Both the position numbers and the translations under genes were made by a program. Shown in pieces: positions 8,727-19,124 of a stretch of DNA of 64,000 nucleotides (its first letter is position 1; each line of letters starts with the position of its first letter). Source of the stretch: Dehalococcoidia bacterium. GTDB lineage: Bacteria > Chloroflexota > Dehalococcoidia > SM23-28-2 > RBG-16-64-32. Location of the stretch: NCBI GenBank assembly GCA_034432935.1, contig DAOUBD010000028.1, forward strand, positions 1,816-65,815, read 5' to 3'. The notes under the pieces are model-generated. The model did no database searches. It had not been told where the DNA came from and was given only the letters and a program-made list of their open reading frames with translations.

Positions 8727-9569
8727 ATGCTAGAGCGGGTAGACCGGGTGCAGCTCGCCGTGCGCAACCGCACGGAGGCTGCTGTTACGTTCGCCGCCAT
8801 TCTCGACGCGCAGACCGTCGGGAAGGACGAGGTGCGTGCCCTGGCCGCTAGGCGCACCACCCTCCAGGCCGGAGAGAGCGAGTTCGAGCTGCTAGAGCCC
8901 ACTGGCGATGGCCCCGTCGCCGGGCACCTTCAGCGCTGGGGAGAAGGCATCTTCGCCGCCGGCTTCTCCACGGCCGACGTGGCCGCCCTGGCGCGGCGGC
9001 TCCGGGAGCGCGGAGTCCGCTTCCAGGAGGAGGGCGGCCAACTGCACATTCCCCCGGAAGAGACCCGCGGCATGCGGGTTGTAATCTCCCCCACGGCGCG
9101 TAGATCGCCCATCGGCCTTATCTCCTGGCTCTACGAGATCACCCATATCGTCGAGGACCATCGGGAAGCGGCCCGCTTCTACGCCAGCATCTTCGGTCTC
9201 GACCCGGCGCGGTTTGCGCCCATCCACAGCGAGGAGTTCGGATATACGGGAACCCTCACCCTCTTCAACCCGCCGGCGCGTTTGGACCGCATCGAGCTCA
9301 CCCAGATCACGAATCCTTCCTCCGCCATGGGCCGCTTCTTCGCCAAGCGCGGGCCGTCCATCTACATGTGCTTCGCCGAGGCGCCGGATGCCGACCCCAT
9401 CCGCAGGCGGCTGGAGGCGCGGGGCGCCCGCTACGCCAACCAGGGAGCGGATGGCCAAGGCGTCTTCATCCATCCATCGGCCCTGCACGGCATGTTCATG
9501 GGCATCAGCCTGACCAACAGGGCGTGGCTCTGGTCCGGCCGCCCGGAGCTGGCGGAGAAGCAGTCCTAG
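8727..9569 (+). CDS. VOC (glyoxalase/bleomycin-resistance/dioxygenase) family protein, two-module
   Basis: Size and two repeated βαβββ-like halves; weak family-level call only. Confidence 0.35.
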   Translation: MLERVDRVQLAVRNRTEAAVTFAAILDAQTVGKDEVRALAARRTTLQAGESEFELLEPTGDGPVAGHLQRWGEGIFAAGFSTADVAALARRLRERGVRFQEEGGQLHIPPEETRGMRVVISPTARRSPIGLISWLYEITHIVEDHREAARFYASIFGLDPARFAPIHSEEFGYTGTLTLFNPPARLDRIELTQITNPSSAMGRFFAKRGPSIYMCFAEAPDADPIRRRLEARGARYANQGADGQGVFIHPSALHGMFMGISLTNRAWLWSGRPELAEKQS

Positions 9570-9654
9570 GGCCCTTCGGCCAGGCAGGCCCATCGCCGTC
9601 ATCTGCCCGTCAGGGTGGGGCCATTGGGGCCGCCGGTCAGGGCATCGCAAGCCG

Positions 9655-10920
9655 TTACGCCCGGAGAACTGGCAGCTCGACCGTCACGGTGGTGCCCCGG
9701 CCCGGCGCGCTGTCGACGCGGATGCTGCCCTTGTGGGCCTCCGCTATCCACTTGGCGATGGCCAGGCCCAACCCAGCCCCGCCCATCTCCCGGGAGCGCG
9801 CCTTGTCCACACGGTAGAAGCGGTCGAAGATGTGGGGGAGAGCCTCGGGCGGTATCCCCACGCCGGTATCGGCCACCGTGGCCACCACCTTCCCATCGCG
9901 CGGGGCGACCTGAAGGCGGACGGAGGCGCCATCCCCGCTGTACTTGATGGCGTTGTCCAGAAGTATCGTCAGCAACTCCCGCAGCCGCATCTCATCGCCC
10001 TCCACGATCACCGGGCCCATCGCCTCCGTCTCGATGCTGATGCCCCTGGGCCCGGCTAGCAGGGCCATCTCCCGGGCGGTGTCCTTGGCCAGCGCGGCCA
10101 CATCCACGGGCTCCATCTCCAGCACGTCCTTGCCGGTATCGGAGCGCGCCAGCGTAAGCATCTGGCCCACCAGGCTGTTCAAACGGTCGGCCTCATGGAT
10201 GATGTCGTCCACAGACGCCATGTTGGACTCGACGGTCTGCCCGGGGTTGCGCCGCAGGATCTCCGCGTTGGCGCGGATGAGGGAGAGAGGCGTGCGGAGC
10301 TCGTGGGAGGCGTCGGCGACGAAGGTGCGTTGCTGGTCCATGGCGGCCTGGATGGGACGCAGCGCCCGGCCAGCCAGGACGTATCCCCCTGCCAGGGAAA
10401 GGACCAGCCCGGCAGCGCCGCCTCCCAGCAGGATGAAGAGGAGGCGGCGCAGCGCCTGCCGCTCCGGCTCCGTGCTGCGGCCCACCTCCAGGGCCATTGG
10501 GCGCTCGCCGGGCACGTGCACTGGGATGACGTAGATGCGGAGGTCATCGCCCTCAGAGCTCTTGGTATCCACGAACATAGGGCCGTTCTCCAGGGCCTTG
10601 GCGATCTCCTCGGCGCTGGCCAGACCCGCCAAATCAGCGTTGTCCGAACTGCGGACCACCGCGCCCGTGTCCCGCGCCAAGGCGTAAAAATAGCCGCCGG
10701 CCGTGAAGGCTGGGCCCAAGCGGATCTCCCGCAGTTGGCGGCCCCCGGGGATGGGCTGGAAGAAGGGCGCGGCGCGATCGTGCAAGTCGCTGTTGACGCC
10801 CCGGAAGAGGGCCGCCCGTGCGCTAACCAGAACCGCGGTCCCCACCGCCACCAGGATCAGCGCCACGACCCCGGCAAACCAGAGGGTCAGGCGCCAGCGA
10901 GCGCGGTTAAACAAGGTCAA
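9655..10920 (-). CDS. Sensor histidine kinase (2 TM, periplasmic domain, HAMP, HisKA, HATPase_c)
   Basis: H-box 'ASHELRTPLS', N-box 'LLDNAIKYS', G-boxes 'DTGVGI' and 'GGAGLGLAI'. Confidence 0.85.
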   Translation of the reverse strand: MTLFNRARWRLTLWFAGVVALILVAVGTAVLVSARAALFRGVNSDLHDRAAPFFQPIPGGRQLREIRLGPAFTAGGYFYALARDTGAVVRSSDNADLAGLASAEEIAKALENGPMFVDTKSSEGDDLRIYVIPVHVPGERPMALEVGRSTEPERQALRRLLFILLGGGAAGLVLSLAGGYVLAGRALRPIQAAMDQQRTFVADASHELRTPLSLIRANAEILRRNPGQTVESNMASVDDIIHEADRLNSLVGQMLTLARSDTGKDVLEMEPVDVAALAKDTAREMALLAGPRGISIETEAMGPVIVEGDEMRLRELLTILLDNAIKYSGDGASVRLQVAPRDGKVVATVADTGVGIPPEALPHIFDRFYRVDKARSREMGGAGLGLAIAKWIAEAHKGSIRVDSAPGRGTTVTVELPVLRA

Positions 10921-11588
10921 TCACCCAGGGCGTAACCGACGCCCCGAACGGTGCGGATAAGGGGGCGTTCCCCCGCCTTGTCTACCTTGCGGCGGAGGTA
11001 TGCGACATAGACGTCCACCAGGTTGGAGTCCGGAGTGTAATCGTAACCCCAAAGGTGGTCCAGGATCTGCGTCCGGGTCAGGACCCGCCCCTGGTTGCGC
11101 ATGAGAAACTCCAGGAGGTTGAACTCCTTGGGGCTCAGCTCGATGACCCGGCCGGCCCGTTCAGCCCGGCGCCTTCGCAGGTCCAGCTTCAGGTCGCCCA
11201 CCGCCAGCTCCATGGGCTCTCTGGCCTGTACGCGGCGGCGGCTGAGGGCCCGCAGCCGCGCCAGCAGCTCCTGGAAGGCGAAGGGCTTTGGCAGGTAGTC
11301 ATCAGCGCCGGAGTCCAGGCCCCGCACCTTGTCGTCCACCCCGTCCAGCGCCGTGAGCAGCAGCACAGGGGTGTCGATCTTGTTCCGCCGCAACCTGCGG
11401 CAGACTTCGATGCCGTCCACCACCGGCAACATTATGTCCAGCACGATGACATCGTGGTCTGTCTCCGTGGCCATGGCGAGCCCCTCCTCGCCATCGTAGG
11501 CCACGTCCACAGTGTGGCCTTCCTCTTCCAGGACTCGCCTCACTGCCTGGGCCAAGCGGCGCTCGTCTTCCACCAGCAGGATGTACAC
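10917..11588 (-). CDS. OmpR-family response regulator (canonical receiver)
   Basis: 'ILLVEDE', 'VIVLDIMLP', 'LLLTA' and wHTH 'VRGVGYAL'. GTG start with GGAGGAAGGG RBS; 4-nt overlap with the kinase gene. Confidence 0.9.
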   Translation of the reverse strand: MYILLVEDERRLAQAVRRVLEEEGHTVDVAYDGEEGLAMATETDHDVIVLDIMLPVVDGIEVCRRLRRNKIDTPVLLLTALDGVDDKVRGLDSGADDYLPKPFAFQELLARLRALSRRRVQAREPMELAVGDLKLDLRRRRAERAGRVIELSPKEFNLLEFLMRNQGRVLTRTQILDHLWGYDYTPDSNLVDVYVAYLRRKVDKAGERPLIRTVRGVGYALGD

Positions 11589-11663
11589 GCTGCCCTTCCT
11601 CCAGCATGATAGACGCCAAAGATTAAGGCCACGTTAAAGAAGCGGCCAGCCCTGGCGCCCCGC

Positions 11664-14600
11664 CTACGCCGTCAACTGGCGATAGAGGGCGGTGATTCGG
11701 CTGGGCAGCGATTCGATATCTGGCACCACGGCGTACCCCACGTCTTGGCACATCTGCTTCAGATAGTCGTGGCCGTAGCGGTCCACCGTCAGGCAGAAGG
11801 GGGTCATTCCCTTCCGCTTGGCCTCCTGAAGGGCCATGTGGGTGTCGTGGATGGCGTAGTCCTTCTCCGTGCGGTCCCGGCCGTAGCCGTGGTCCTGCGG
11901 CCGCCCGTCCGAGACGAGGAAGAGTATGCGCACCTTGGCGTCTTGCTCCTCCAGCTTGTGGGTGGCGTGGCGGATAGCCGGCCCCATGCGGGTGGAGCGC
12001 ACGGGAGCGATCTTATCGATGCGCTTCTTGACCCGCTCGGAGAAGGCCTCGTGCAGGTCCTTGACCACGTAGAACTCCACGTTGTCCCGGCCGTAGCCGG
12101 AGAAGCCGTAGATGCCGTAGGCGTCGCCGATGGTCTCGAGGGCCTTGATGAGAAGGACGATGCTCTCCTTCTCCACATCGATGATCCGTTTGGGGGGCGT
12201 CAGCAGCTCCTGGGCCCGGCGCGCCATCCACCAGGAGAAGTAGCGCCGCGGGTCGTCATCGAAGTCGTCCTGGGCGTAGCGCCGCTCGTGCTTGGCGATC
12301 TCCTCATCAGTGGAGGCGCTCATGTCCAAAAGGAAGGCGACGGCGACGTCCCGTTCGATCTTGTTGCGGCGCCAGTAGATCTTATCGGTGGGGGTGTGCC
12401 CAGCGCGGCGGTCGACGGCGTAGTCCATGAGGGCGTCGAAGTCTATCTCCTCGCCGTCCAGGAGGCGTTTGATCTTGCGGAACATCTCTGGCCGCAGCAG
12501 CTCGAACTGGCGGCGTGTCTGGCCCACCAACGAGGCGTAGCGGGAGAGGGTGTCGTCGAAGTACTGGGCGTTGCCCTCGCCCACAGGGTACTCCACGATG
12601 CGGCACCAGCGCGGGCGGTAGTCGCCGGCCCGGAAGTCCCACTCGTCGTAGTAGTAGTACTTCGGCTCCACCGGCAGCTCGTGCTCGTCGTCGGCCGTGC
12701 TCATGCCCGTTACCGGCTGGCCGTCCTTAACCGGCACCGGCTGTTTTTTGGGCTTGTCCTGCTGGGCGTTCAGCTCCTTGATCAGATTGGTCAGAAACAG
12801 CTCCGAGGACTGGGTGAGGTCCGCCTCCGCCATGTCCGAGATGGTGATCTCGACGCTCTTCTCCAGCAACTGCTTCAGCTGCTCGGGGGACAGCGGCGAG
12901 ACGGGCCCCTTCTGTCCGCTCTCCTTGCGCAACTTCATTAGGAGCTGCACCGTCTCTGGCTTGAAGTCGCCCCGGAAGTCCACCGGCGGCGGGCTCTCGT
13001 AAGGCACCTCCTCGCCCTCGGGAAACTGGAGGTCCATGTCCTTGCCAAAGGCGTCGGCGCTCATCGGCATGGTCTGGAGGGCCCCCTCGTCGAGCTCTGA
13101 CCAGTCCTCCATAAGGTCCGGCGCCATGTTCTTGATCTGCTCTGCCAGCCGGTAGAGGCGGATGGTGGCCTCAGCCGAGTCCTCCACCAAGGCCTGCGGC
13201 TGGCGCAAGGTAGCCAGGATGCCGATGGCCTGCTCCATGGCCGGCATCAAGGCGAGGGGCCACACGATTCGGTCCAGGCCGTCGAGGCTGGCGCGCACCA
13301 GGTTCTCGACGAAGGCCTGGCGCAAGGGCATCTGCTCTACGTCGGGCCGGCGCCCCAGCTCCAGCTCCTTGCGGGCGCCGTAGGCCCTCCGGATCCCCGC
13401 GTATTCCCTCTCGACGAGGACGTCCACCCGGGCATCCTCGCACACGGCGAAGATGTCGGCCGCCAGGCGGCGATCTGGAAACAGGTCGAAGAAGCGCTCC
13501 ATGTCGGTCAGGGGCCCCGCACCGGGATCTTGGCCCTGGGGCGGCGCATCGGCTGCACCATCGGAGTCGCTGGCCAGCGGCGGCGCCGCCTGGCGCTCCG
13601 CCTCCAGGCTGGCCCTGCCGTTGGGGAAGATGTTGCCCTCCCGCTCGAAGGAGAACTGGAAGGTGCCAAACTCCAGATGCCCCGTCTGGTGCGTGCAGTA
13701 GACCTTGTACACCATGAAGTTAGCTTCCTTATCCGGGGCTTCCTCTACGTATGGCGGCAGGAAGACGGCCGTGCCCTCCGTGGAGGGCGCCTCCGTCTCC
13801 ACCCAGCCGATGCCCTTCTCCGCCAGCGCCTCCGAGGAGTGCACCGCCATCTCGAAGCCGGTGAGGGCCTTGCAGTACATGCGCAAGATATCGGCTACCC
13901 GGCTCAGCTCCACGCGTGATGAGAGGGAGTCCAGCACCTCCTCGCCGCGGGCCGACTCCAGGCGGAAGTAGGCCTCGCCGCCCTCCGGGCTGCTGTCCAA
14001 GAGGGCGCTGCCCTCCCGGTGCCAATCGGTGATCGCCTCCAGCGGTATCCGGTCCAACACCTTGGCCGCCGTCTTCAGAAACTCCATGGCGGCCAGGGAG
14101 GAGCGAGGCGCCAGGTCCTCGGCCAGGGAGAGGAGGAGGCCGTGGGAATCTGGGTCGACCTGGGCGAGGGCTCGGGCCGCCTCGGCGAAGAAGGCGAAGG
14201 CCTGGCGGCCCTCGGTCCGCGCCAGTTCCCCCGCCAGGGCAAGGAAACGCCCCCGCTCCAGGGGATGCAGGTTGGACAGGAGCGAGGGACCCTTCTCCAA
14301 ATAGGACCGCGCATCAGCCCAACCCGTCGTGGCCAAGGCCTCGGCAAAACGCAGGAACTCCCCCCGGTCGGGCCCTTCCAGGGGCCGCAGGGTATGGGGC
14401 GCGATCCCCAGGCAATGGGACGCCAGGTCGTAAGAACGGTCGCAGAGGGCGTCCACGAAACGCACCAGCACCCGTACCTCCTCCACTGTGAGGGCCGAGA
14501 AGAGGGCAGGGCTAGTGTCGAAGAATTGCACCGCTAGGGAGGCGGAGCGCCACGTCCCCTTGTAAAGGGAACGGCCCAGGGCCACCCAGTCCGCTATCCG

Positions 14601-14999
14601 TGCCGCGCCCAGGGTTGGCACCGTCTCCGCCGACGCCCGGAAGTAGGAGGTGGCCAGCGCGGAAGAAAGCTCCGCCAACTCCCGGCCAAGCTGGGACCAG
14701 CGGCGAAAGGCGGCCGTCCCCAACATCGGCAGAATCTGGGGAGTCACACGGAAATACTCCGTGGCGGCCTCCCATGAGCGCCACGATTGGCGGGCCAGTT
14801 CTAGGCCGTCTTCGGCCCAGGCCGCCAGCTCGCCATCCGTCACCTGGTCAGCGATTACCTCAGCCGTCCGGCGGAATTCGCCGGCGAGGCTGGTGGAGAA
14901 GGAGGACAACGCCTTCTCGTAGTGAGCGTAGATCTTGCGGCGTTCGGAGGCAGTCATGCCTGGTCCTGGGTCCCAAGGCCGTTGCGGAGGGCCAGCCAC
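11664..14999 (-). CDS. Large VWA-domain protein (CbbO/NorD-like), 1111 aa
   Basis: C-terminal VWA with MIDAS 'LLDMSASTD' and 'LFLVSDGRPQD'. N-terminal ~750 aa of repeated helical units. Lies downstream of a CbbQ/NorQ-type ATPase. Start is ambiguous: GTG at 14999 or ATG at 14957. Confidence 0.6.
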   Translation of the reverse strand: MAGPPQRPWDPGPGMTASERRKIYAHYEKALSSFSTSLAGEFRRTAEVIADQVTDGELAAWAEDGLELARQSWRSWEAATEYFRVTPQILPMLGTAAFRRWSQLGRELAELSSALATSYFRASAETVPTLGAARIADWVALGRSLYKGTWRSASLAVQFFDTSPALFSALTVEEVRVLVRFVDALCDRSYDLASHCLGIAPHTLRPLEGPDRGEFLRFAEALATTGWADARSYLEKGPSLLSNLHPLERGRFLALAGELARTEGRQAFAFFAEAARALAQVDPDSHGLLLSLAEDLAPRSSLAAMEFLKTAAKVLDRIPLEAITDWHREGSALLDSSPEGGEAYFRLESARGEEVLDSLSSRVELSRVADILRMYCKALTGFEMAVHSSEALAEKGIGWVETEAPSTEGTAVFLPPYVEEAPDKEANFMVYKVYCTHQTGHLEFGTFQFSFEREGNIFPNGRASLEAERQAAPPLASDSDGAADAPPQGQDPGAGPLTDMERFFDLFPDRRLAADIFAVCEDARVDVLVEREYAGIRRAYGARKELELGRRPDVEQMPLRQAFVENLVRASLDGLDRIVWPLALMPAMEQAIGILATLRQPQALVEDSAEATIRLYRLAEQIKNMAPDLMEDWSELDEGALQTMPMSADAFGKDMDLQFPEGEEVPYESPPPVDFRGDFKPETVQLLMKLRKESGQKGPVSPLSPEQLKQLLEKSVEITISDMAEADLTQSSELFLTNLIKELNAQQDKPKKQPVPVKDGQPVTGMSTADDEHELPVEPKYYYYDEWDFRAGDYRPRWCRIVEYPVGEGNAQYFDDTLSRYASLVGQTRRQFELLRPEMFRKIKRLLDGEEIDFDALMDYAVDRRAGHTPTDKIYWRRNKIERDVAVAFLLDMSASTDEEIAKHERRYAQDDFDDDPRRYFSWWMARRAQELLTPPKRIIDVEKESIVLLIKALETIGDAYGIYGFSGYGRDNVEFYVVKDLHEAFSERVKKRIDKIAPVRSTRMGPAIRHATHKLEEQDAKVRILFLVSDGRPQDHGYGRDRTEKDYAIHDTHMALQEAKRKGMTPFCLTVDRYGHDYLKQMCQDVGYAVVPDIESLPSRITALYRQLTA

Positions 15000-15167
15000 G
15001 CCCCTCCCGCTCGTGCTGAGCCTGCCGAAACATGTGCGGGACGCGATGCCCGCCCTTCGAGAACCTCAGGGCGAGCAAAAAAGAGCCCCAGCCCTTCGAC
15101 AACCACAACCTCCGGGCGAGCGGGCAGCCACGGCCGGGCCGTGGCCAGCGATTTCACGACACGTTGG

Positions 15168-16049
15168 CTACTCAAAGATGGAGGACACGACCTCCTCGAT
15201 GCTGCGCTGTACATCGTGGTCGTCCGTCAGGGCCCAGACCACCGCCACCTGGCAGGCCCGGCGAGGCGGGATGCCCTCGTGGATCAGCTTGCCGGCATAG
15301 ATCAGCAGGCGCGTGCTGACGCCCTCCGCTAGGCCGTGCTCCTTCAGGTGGCGCACCTTCTCGCCCAGCTTGGCCAAGTCCATGGCCACGTTCTCCGATA
15401 CCTGGCTCTCGTGGGCTATGATCTTGGCCTCCAGATCCCGCGGCGGGTAACCGAACTCCAGGGCCATGAAACGCTGCCGCGTGCTGTGCTTGAGGTCCTT
15501 CAGCGCGCTCTGGTAGCCCGGGTTGTAGGAGATGACCAGCAGGAAGCCGTCCCTGGCCTCCACAATCTGCCCTAGTTTCTCGATGGGCAGGATCCTGCGG
15601 TGGTCCGTGAGCGGGTGGATCAGGACGGTGGTGTCCTTGCGGGCCTCTACCACCTCATCGAGATAGCAGATGGCCCCGGCCTTCACCGCCCGGGTGAGGG
15701 GACCGTCGACCCAGCGGGTGCTGTCTCCCTCTAGGAGGTACCGGCCCACCAGGTCCGAGGCCGTCAGGTCTTCGTGACAGGCCACGGTGACCAGGGGCCT
15801 GCCGTGCTCCACGGCGCCAGAGCCCGTGACATCCCGGATAACGCTGACGGGGCGCCCCAGCTTGTACGCCATGTATTCGATGAAGCGCGTCTTGCCGCAG
15901 CCCGTGGGGCCCTTAAAGAGAACGGGGATCTTTTGGGCGTAGGCTGCCTCGAAGAGCTCCACTTCGTCCCTAACGGGGATGTAGAAGGGCTCCGAGGTTA
16001 CGACGTACTCCTCGATGGCGTACTCCCGGTATGTCGGTTCGGTGGTCAT
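15168..16049 (-). CDS. CbbQ/NirQ/NorQ/GvpN-family MoxR-type AAA+ ATPase
   Basis: Walker A 'GPTGCGKT', Walker B 'ICYLDEV', family-typical N-terminus '[15 protein letters not shown]'. Confidence 0.8.
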   Translation of the reverse strand: MTTEPTYREYAIEEYVVTSEPFYIPVRDEVELFEAAYAQKIPVLFKGPTGCGKTRFIEYMAYKLGRPVSVIRDVTGSGAVEHGRPLVTVACHEDLTASDLVGRYLLEGDSTRWVDGPLTRAVKAGAICYLDEVVEARKDTTVLIHPLTDHRRILPIEKLGQIVEARDGFLLVISYNPGYQSALKDLKHSTRQRFMALEFGYPPRDLEAKIIAHESQVSENVAMDLAKLGEKVRHLKEHGLAEGVSTRLLIYAGKLIHEGIPPRRACQVAVVWALTDDHDVQRSIEEVVSSIFE

Positions 16050-16186
16050 CCGCTCACGCTTCCTTTAGACGGGCGCAGCAGGGCGGTGGCATACAGCCCG
16101 CTGACACCCCGAAAATGGTCACATTTCTAGCATAACATCAAAGGCCGGATACCTGAACTGCAGCTAGGCTACGGTCAGGACGAAGC

Positions 16187-16798
16187 TCAGGACGTCTGTC
16201 CCAGCCGCTCTTGGAGCTTCCGCCACTCCTCGACAGTCCGCCGCCTGGTGTCCTCCAGCTGGCCGCTCGTGTCGATGACGACCCGCGACCGCCGGATGCG
16301 CTCCTCATCGCTCATCTGGGCCCTGACGCGCTCCAGGACGTGCTCCAGCGGCAGGCCGCTGCGCTCAGCCGCCCTGCGCGCGGCGACCTCGGGCGGGGCC
16401 ACGGTGACCCAGACCTCATCGGCCAGGTCATCCCATCCAGCATCGAAGAGGAGCGCGGCCTCCAGGACGGCCACTTCTACGCCGGCCCGGGCCAGCTCCG
16501 CCAGCTTCTCCCGCATCATCCCCTTCATGCGGGGATGGACGATCCTGTTCAAGCGCCTCAACTTGCGGGAGTCGGCGAAGACGGCGGCGCCCAGCTTCTT
16601 GCGGTCGATGGTCCCGTCCTCGGCGAGGACGCTGCGGCCGAAGGAATCGACTATCTCCTGCCAGGCGGGGCGCCCAGGCTGATACACCTCATGCCCCACC
16701 AGGTCAGCATTGAGAACGGTCGCCCCCAGCTCCTCTAACACCTTGGCAACCGTGGACTTGCCGCTGCCGATGCCGCCCGTGAGACCGATAACGTACAA
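16187..16798 (-). CDS. coaE: Dephospho-CoA kinase
   Basis: 'IGLTGGIGSGKST' P-loop at N-terminus; TTG start. Confidence 0.85.
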   Translation of the reverse strand: MYVIGLTGGIGSGKSTVAKVLEELGATVLNADLVGHEVYQPGRPAWQEIVDSFGRSVLAEDGTIDRKKLGAAVFADSRKLRRLNRIVHPRMKGMMREKLAELARAGVEVAVLEAALLFDAGWDDLADEVWVTVAPPEVAARRAAERSGLPLEHVLERVRAQMSDEERIRRSRVVIDTSGQLEDTRRRTVEEWRKLQERLGQTS

Positions 16799-16938
16799 GA
16801 GAGGATTCCTGCCGTAACCTGCGCCACCGCCAGCGCCGCGGCAAACGTGAGGGATTGCCCGGGGCGCCGCGCCCCCATTCTAGCGACAGCCCGGGCGGGG
16901 GGTCAAACCGCCGAACCCGATGGCTCCGCGGGCGCCCT

Positions 16939-18039
16939 CTAGCCCAGGGCGCCGCCGGACCAGCGGCGCACATCGCCGCGAGAGTAGCGGAAGGCCCGGA
17001 ACACCCAGTTGTTGGGACCCAAAAGCGGCGTTTCGGCGAAGTACGGGCTGATGTACTCCCAGACGACCCGCCGGTCCGGCGTCACCTCGAAGATCCTGCC
17101 AGCGCATCCCTCACAGATGAGGGTGTTACCGTTCGGCAGCCGCTGGGCCCCCGAGATGTATGGGCTGAAGAAGCTCTGCAAGGGCAGATCCCTGTACTCC
17201 CAGACCGTGCGCTTCGTGCCGCGGTCGATCTCCGCCACCCGCGAGTAAGCGAGGGGGGAGTTCTCCCGGTGCACGCCGTTGTCGAAGACGAGGACGTTGC
17301 CGTTGTCCAGCACCTGAGGGTCGTGCTGCTGGGCCAGGGCCGGCGGGCCCAGCTTCCAGACGAAATCGCCACTCGCGCGGTCGATGATGGCGACCGTGCT
17401 GATGTTGCGGAAGCTGACCATCACGCCGCCCTCCGGGGTCTCCAATACGGTATTGCCGTGGGTCCATTCCTCTCGCCATTCGTGGGGCCCCAGCCGGTCA
17501 TTCACCGGGTCGAGGTGCTCGTAGGCGTGCCACTCCCAAAGCACCTCGCCGCCCTTGGTGACCTCCAAGATGCGGTCGGCCCACATCCCGCTGTGCTCGG
17601 TGCCGGGCAGGCCGCCTTGCACACGCTGAGCGATCTCTTCTGGCACCCGCTCGATGGTCAAGAGCAGGACTGTGCCACGACCGGTGAGCCGGGCGTCGTG
17701 ATGATGGTCCGGGTGCTCCAGCTCCCACAGGACGTTTCCTTCCCAGTCCACTTCCATGACGATGCCGCCCTTGAAGAGCGGCCAAGTGGGGAACCTGGGG
17801 CTGGCATCCGGTGTCTTGCCGCAGTAAAAGAGGTGGCCATCCGGCAAGAGGCGGCCGTAATCGCCGGGAGGATAGGGCATGCGCCACTGGTGGGCGACGT
17901 TGCCCTCCATGTCGATGAAGAGCACCGTGCCGTCGCCCATCATGGGCGCGAAGAGGGTATAGCCATCGAAGGCGGCGCCCCGCTCCCAGCCAATGAGCCC
18001 GGTGCCGCGGCGGCGCAGCGTTACCTGGTCTATGGCCAC
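16939..18039 (-). CDS. Arylsulfotransferase (ASST)-family beta-propeller protein
   Basis: Repeated 'DNGNVLVFDNG', 'LPNGNTLI' and 'WEY/WEW' propeller motifs; no signal peptide. Confidence 0.4.
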   Translation of the reverse strand: MAIDQVTLRRRGTGLIGWERGAAFDGYTLFAPMMGDGTVLFIDMEGNVAHQWRMPYPPGDYGRLLPDGHLFYCGKTPDASPRFPTWPLFKGGIVMEVDWEGNVLWELEHPDHHHDARLTGRGTVLLLTIERVPEEIAQRVQGGLPGTEHSGMWADRILEVTKGGEVLWEWHAYEHLDPVNDRLGPHEWREEWTHGNTVLETPEGGVMVSFRNISTVAIIDRASGDFVWKLGPPALAQQHDPQVLDNGNVLVFDNGVHRENSPLAYSRVAEIDRGTKRTVWEYRDLPLQSFFSPYISGAQRLPNGNTLICEGCAGRIFEVTPDRRVVWEYISPYFAETPLLGPNNWVFRAFRYSRGDVRRWSGGALG

Positions 18040-18067
18040 CGCCGAGACCCCGCGAGGGAGGGCAAGA

Positions 18068-19045
18068 CTAGCCGGCCTTCAACTCCCGCACCTTCTCCGT
18101 GAAGGGTGGGATAATCTCCTTCCAGTCGCCCACAACAGCGAAGCGGGAAGCCTTGAAGATGGGGGCGTCCGGGTCCTTGTTGATGGCGGCGATGTTCTTG
18201 ACGGAGGAGACGCCGGCCATGTGCTGGCTGGCGCCGGAGATGCCCACCGCTATGTACAGGTCAGGCGTGATCACCTTGCCGGTGAGCCCGATCTGCGCCG
18301 GCACGGGGTACCAGCCCATATCGCAGACGGCGCGGCTGGCGCCGACGGCGCCGCCCAGGATCCCGGCCAGCTCCTCCAGGTTCTTGAACCCTTCTGGCCC
18401 GCCGATGCCCCGGCCACCACCCACCACGACCTTGGCGTCCTCCAGGCGCACGCCCTCCGCCTTCTCCTTCTTGCGCTCGATGATCCTGGTGCGCACGGCG
18501 CCGGCATCGATGCCCGCCGCCTGCTTCACGATCTCCCCGCTACGGGAGGGATCGGGCTCCAGTGGCTCCACAGTCTTGGCCCGCAGCGTCGCCATCTGGG
18601 GCCTGCCGTTGATGGTGTAGCGGGCCCGGGCGTTTCCGCCGTAGCAGGGGCGCTCGGCCAAGAGCTTCCCCCCATCGATGCTGACCGCCACGCAGTCCAT
18701 CGCTACCGCCGTGCCCAACCGCTGCGCCAAACGCGGCGCCAAGTCGCGCCCCATCATGGTCTGCCCCAAGAGGACTACGTCCGCGCCGAACTCCCTCGCT
18801 ATGCGCTCGGCGACCGGCGCAAAGGCGTCGCCCTGGTATTCGGCCAGGACCGGGTCGTCCACGACGATAACCTTGTTGGCGCCGGCTGCCACGCACCCCT
18901 GCGCCAGCGCCTCGATGCCCGAGCCCAGGAGGGCGCAGGTCACGGGTCCGCCCAAGCTCAGGCCCGCGGCGATGAGCTCCGCCGTGACGGGGCTCAACTT
19001 CTTGTCTTCCGTAACCTCTGCGAAGACCAGCACTCCGTTAGCCAT
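18068..19045 (-). CDS. etfA: Electron transfer flavoprotein alpha subunit
   Basis: FAD-binding 'PDLYIAVGISGASQHMAGV'; N-terminal ETF domain. Confidence 0.85.
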   Translation of the reverse strand: MANGVLVFAEVTEDKKLSPVTAELIAAGLSLGGPVTCALLGSGIEALAQGCVAAGANKVIVVDDPVLAEYQGDAFAPVAERIAREFGADVVLLGQTMMGRDLAPRLAQRLGTAVAMDCVAVSIDGGKLLAERPCYGGNARARYTINGRPQMATLRAKTVEPLEPDPSRSGEIVKQAAGIDAGAVRTRIIERKKEKAEGVRLEDAKVVVGGGRGIGGPEGFKNLEELAGILGGAVGASRAVCDMGWYPVPAQIGLTGKVITPDLYIAVGISGASQHMAGVSSVKNIAAINKDPDAPIFKASRFAVVGDWKEIIPPFTEKVRELKAG

Positions 19046-19124
19046 GTCGTCTACTCCCTTGCCTTCTATAATTCTCTCGGCTCTATGTCCGGCGTACCCG
19101 TTCTGCGAACGGGAGAGGCCCGGC

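Noticed and set aside
14957-14999. Alternative ATG start (14957) for the VWA gene
   Set aside because: It cannot be resolved from sequence alone. GTG at 14999 has a GGGAGGGG box but a short spacer, and the ATG has no RBS. The longer ORF is kept.
16050-16186. AT-rich segment upstream of the cbbQ-like gene as a discrete promoter feature
   Set aside because: It is plausible but has no recognisable -35/-10 consensus that could be called with confidence.
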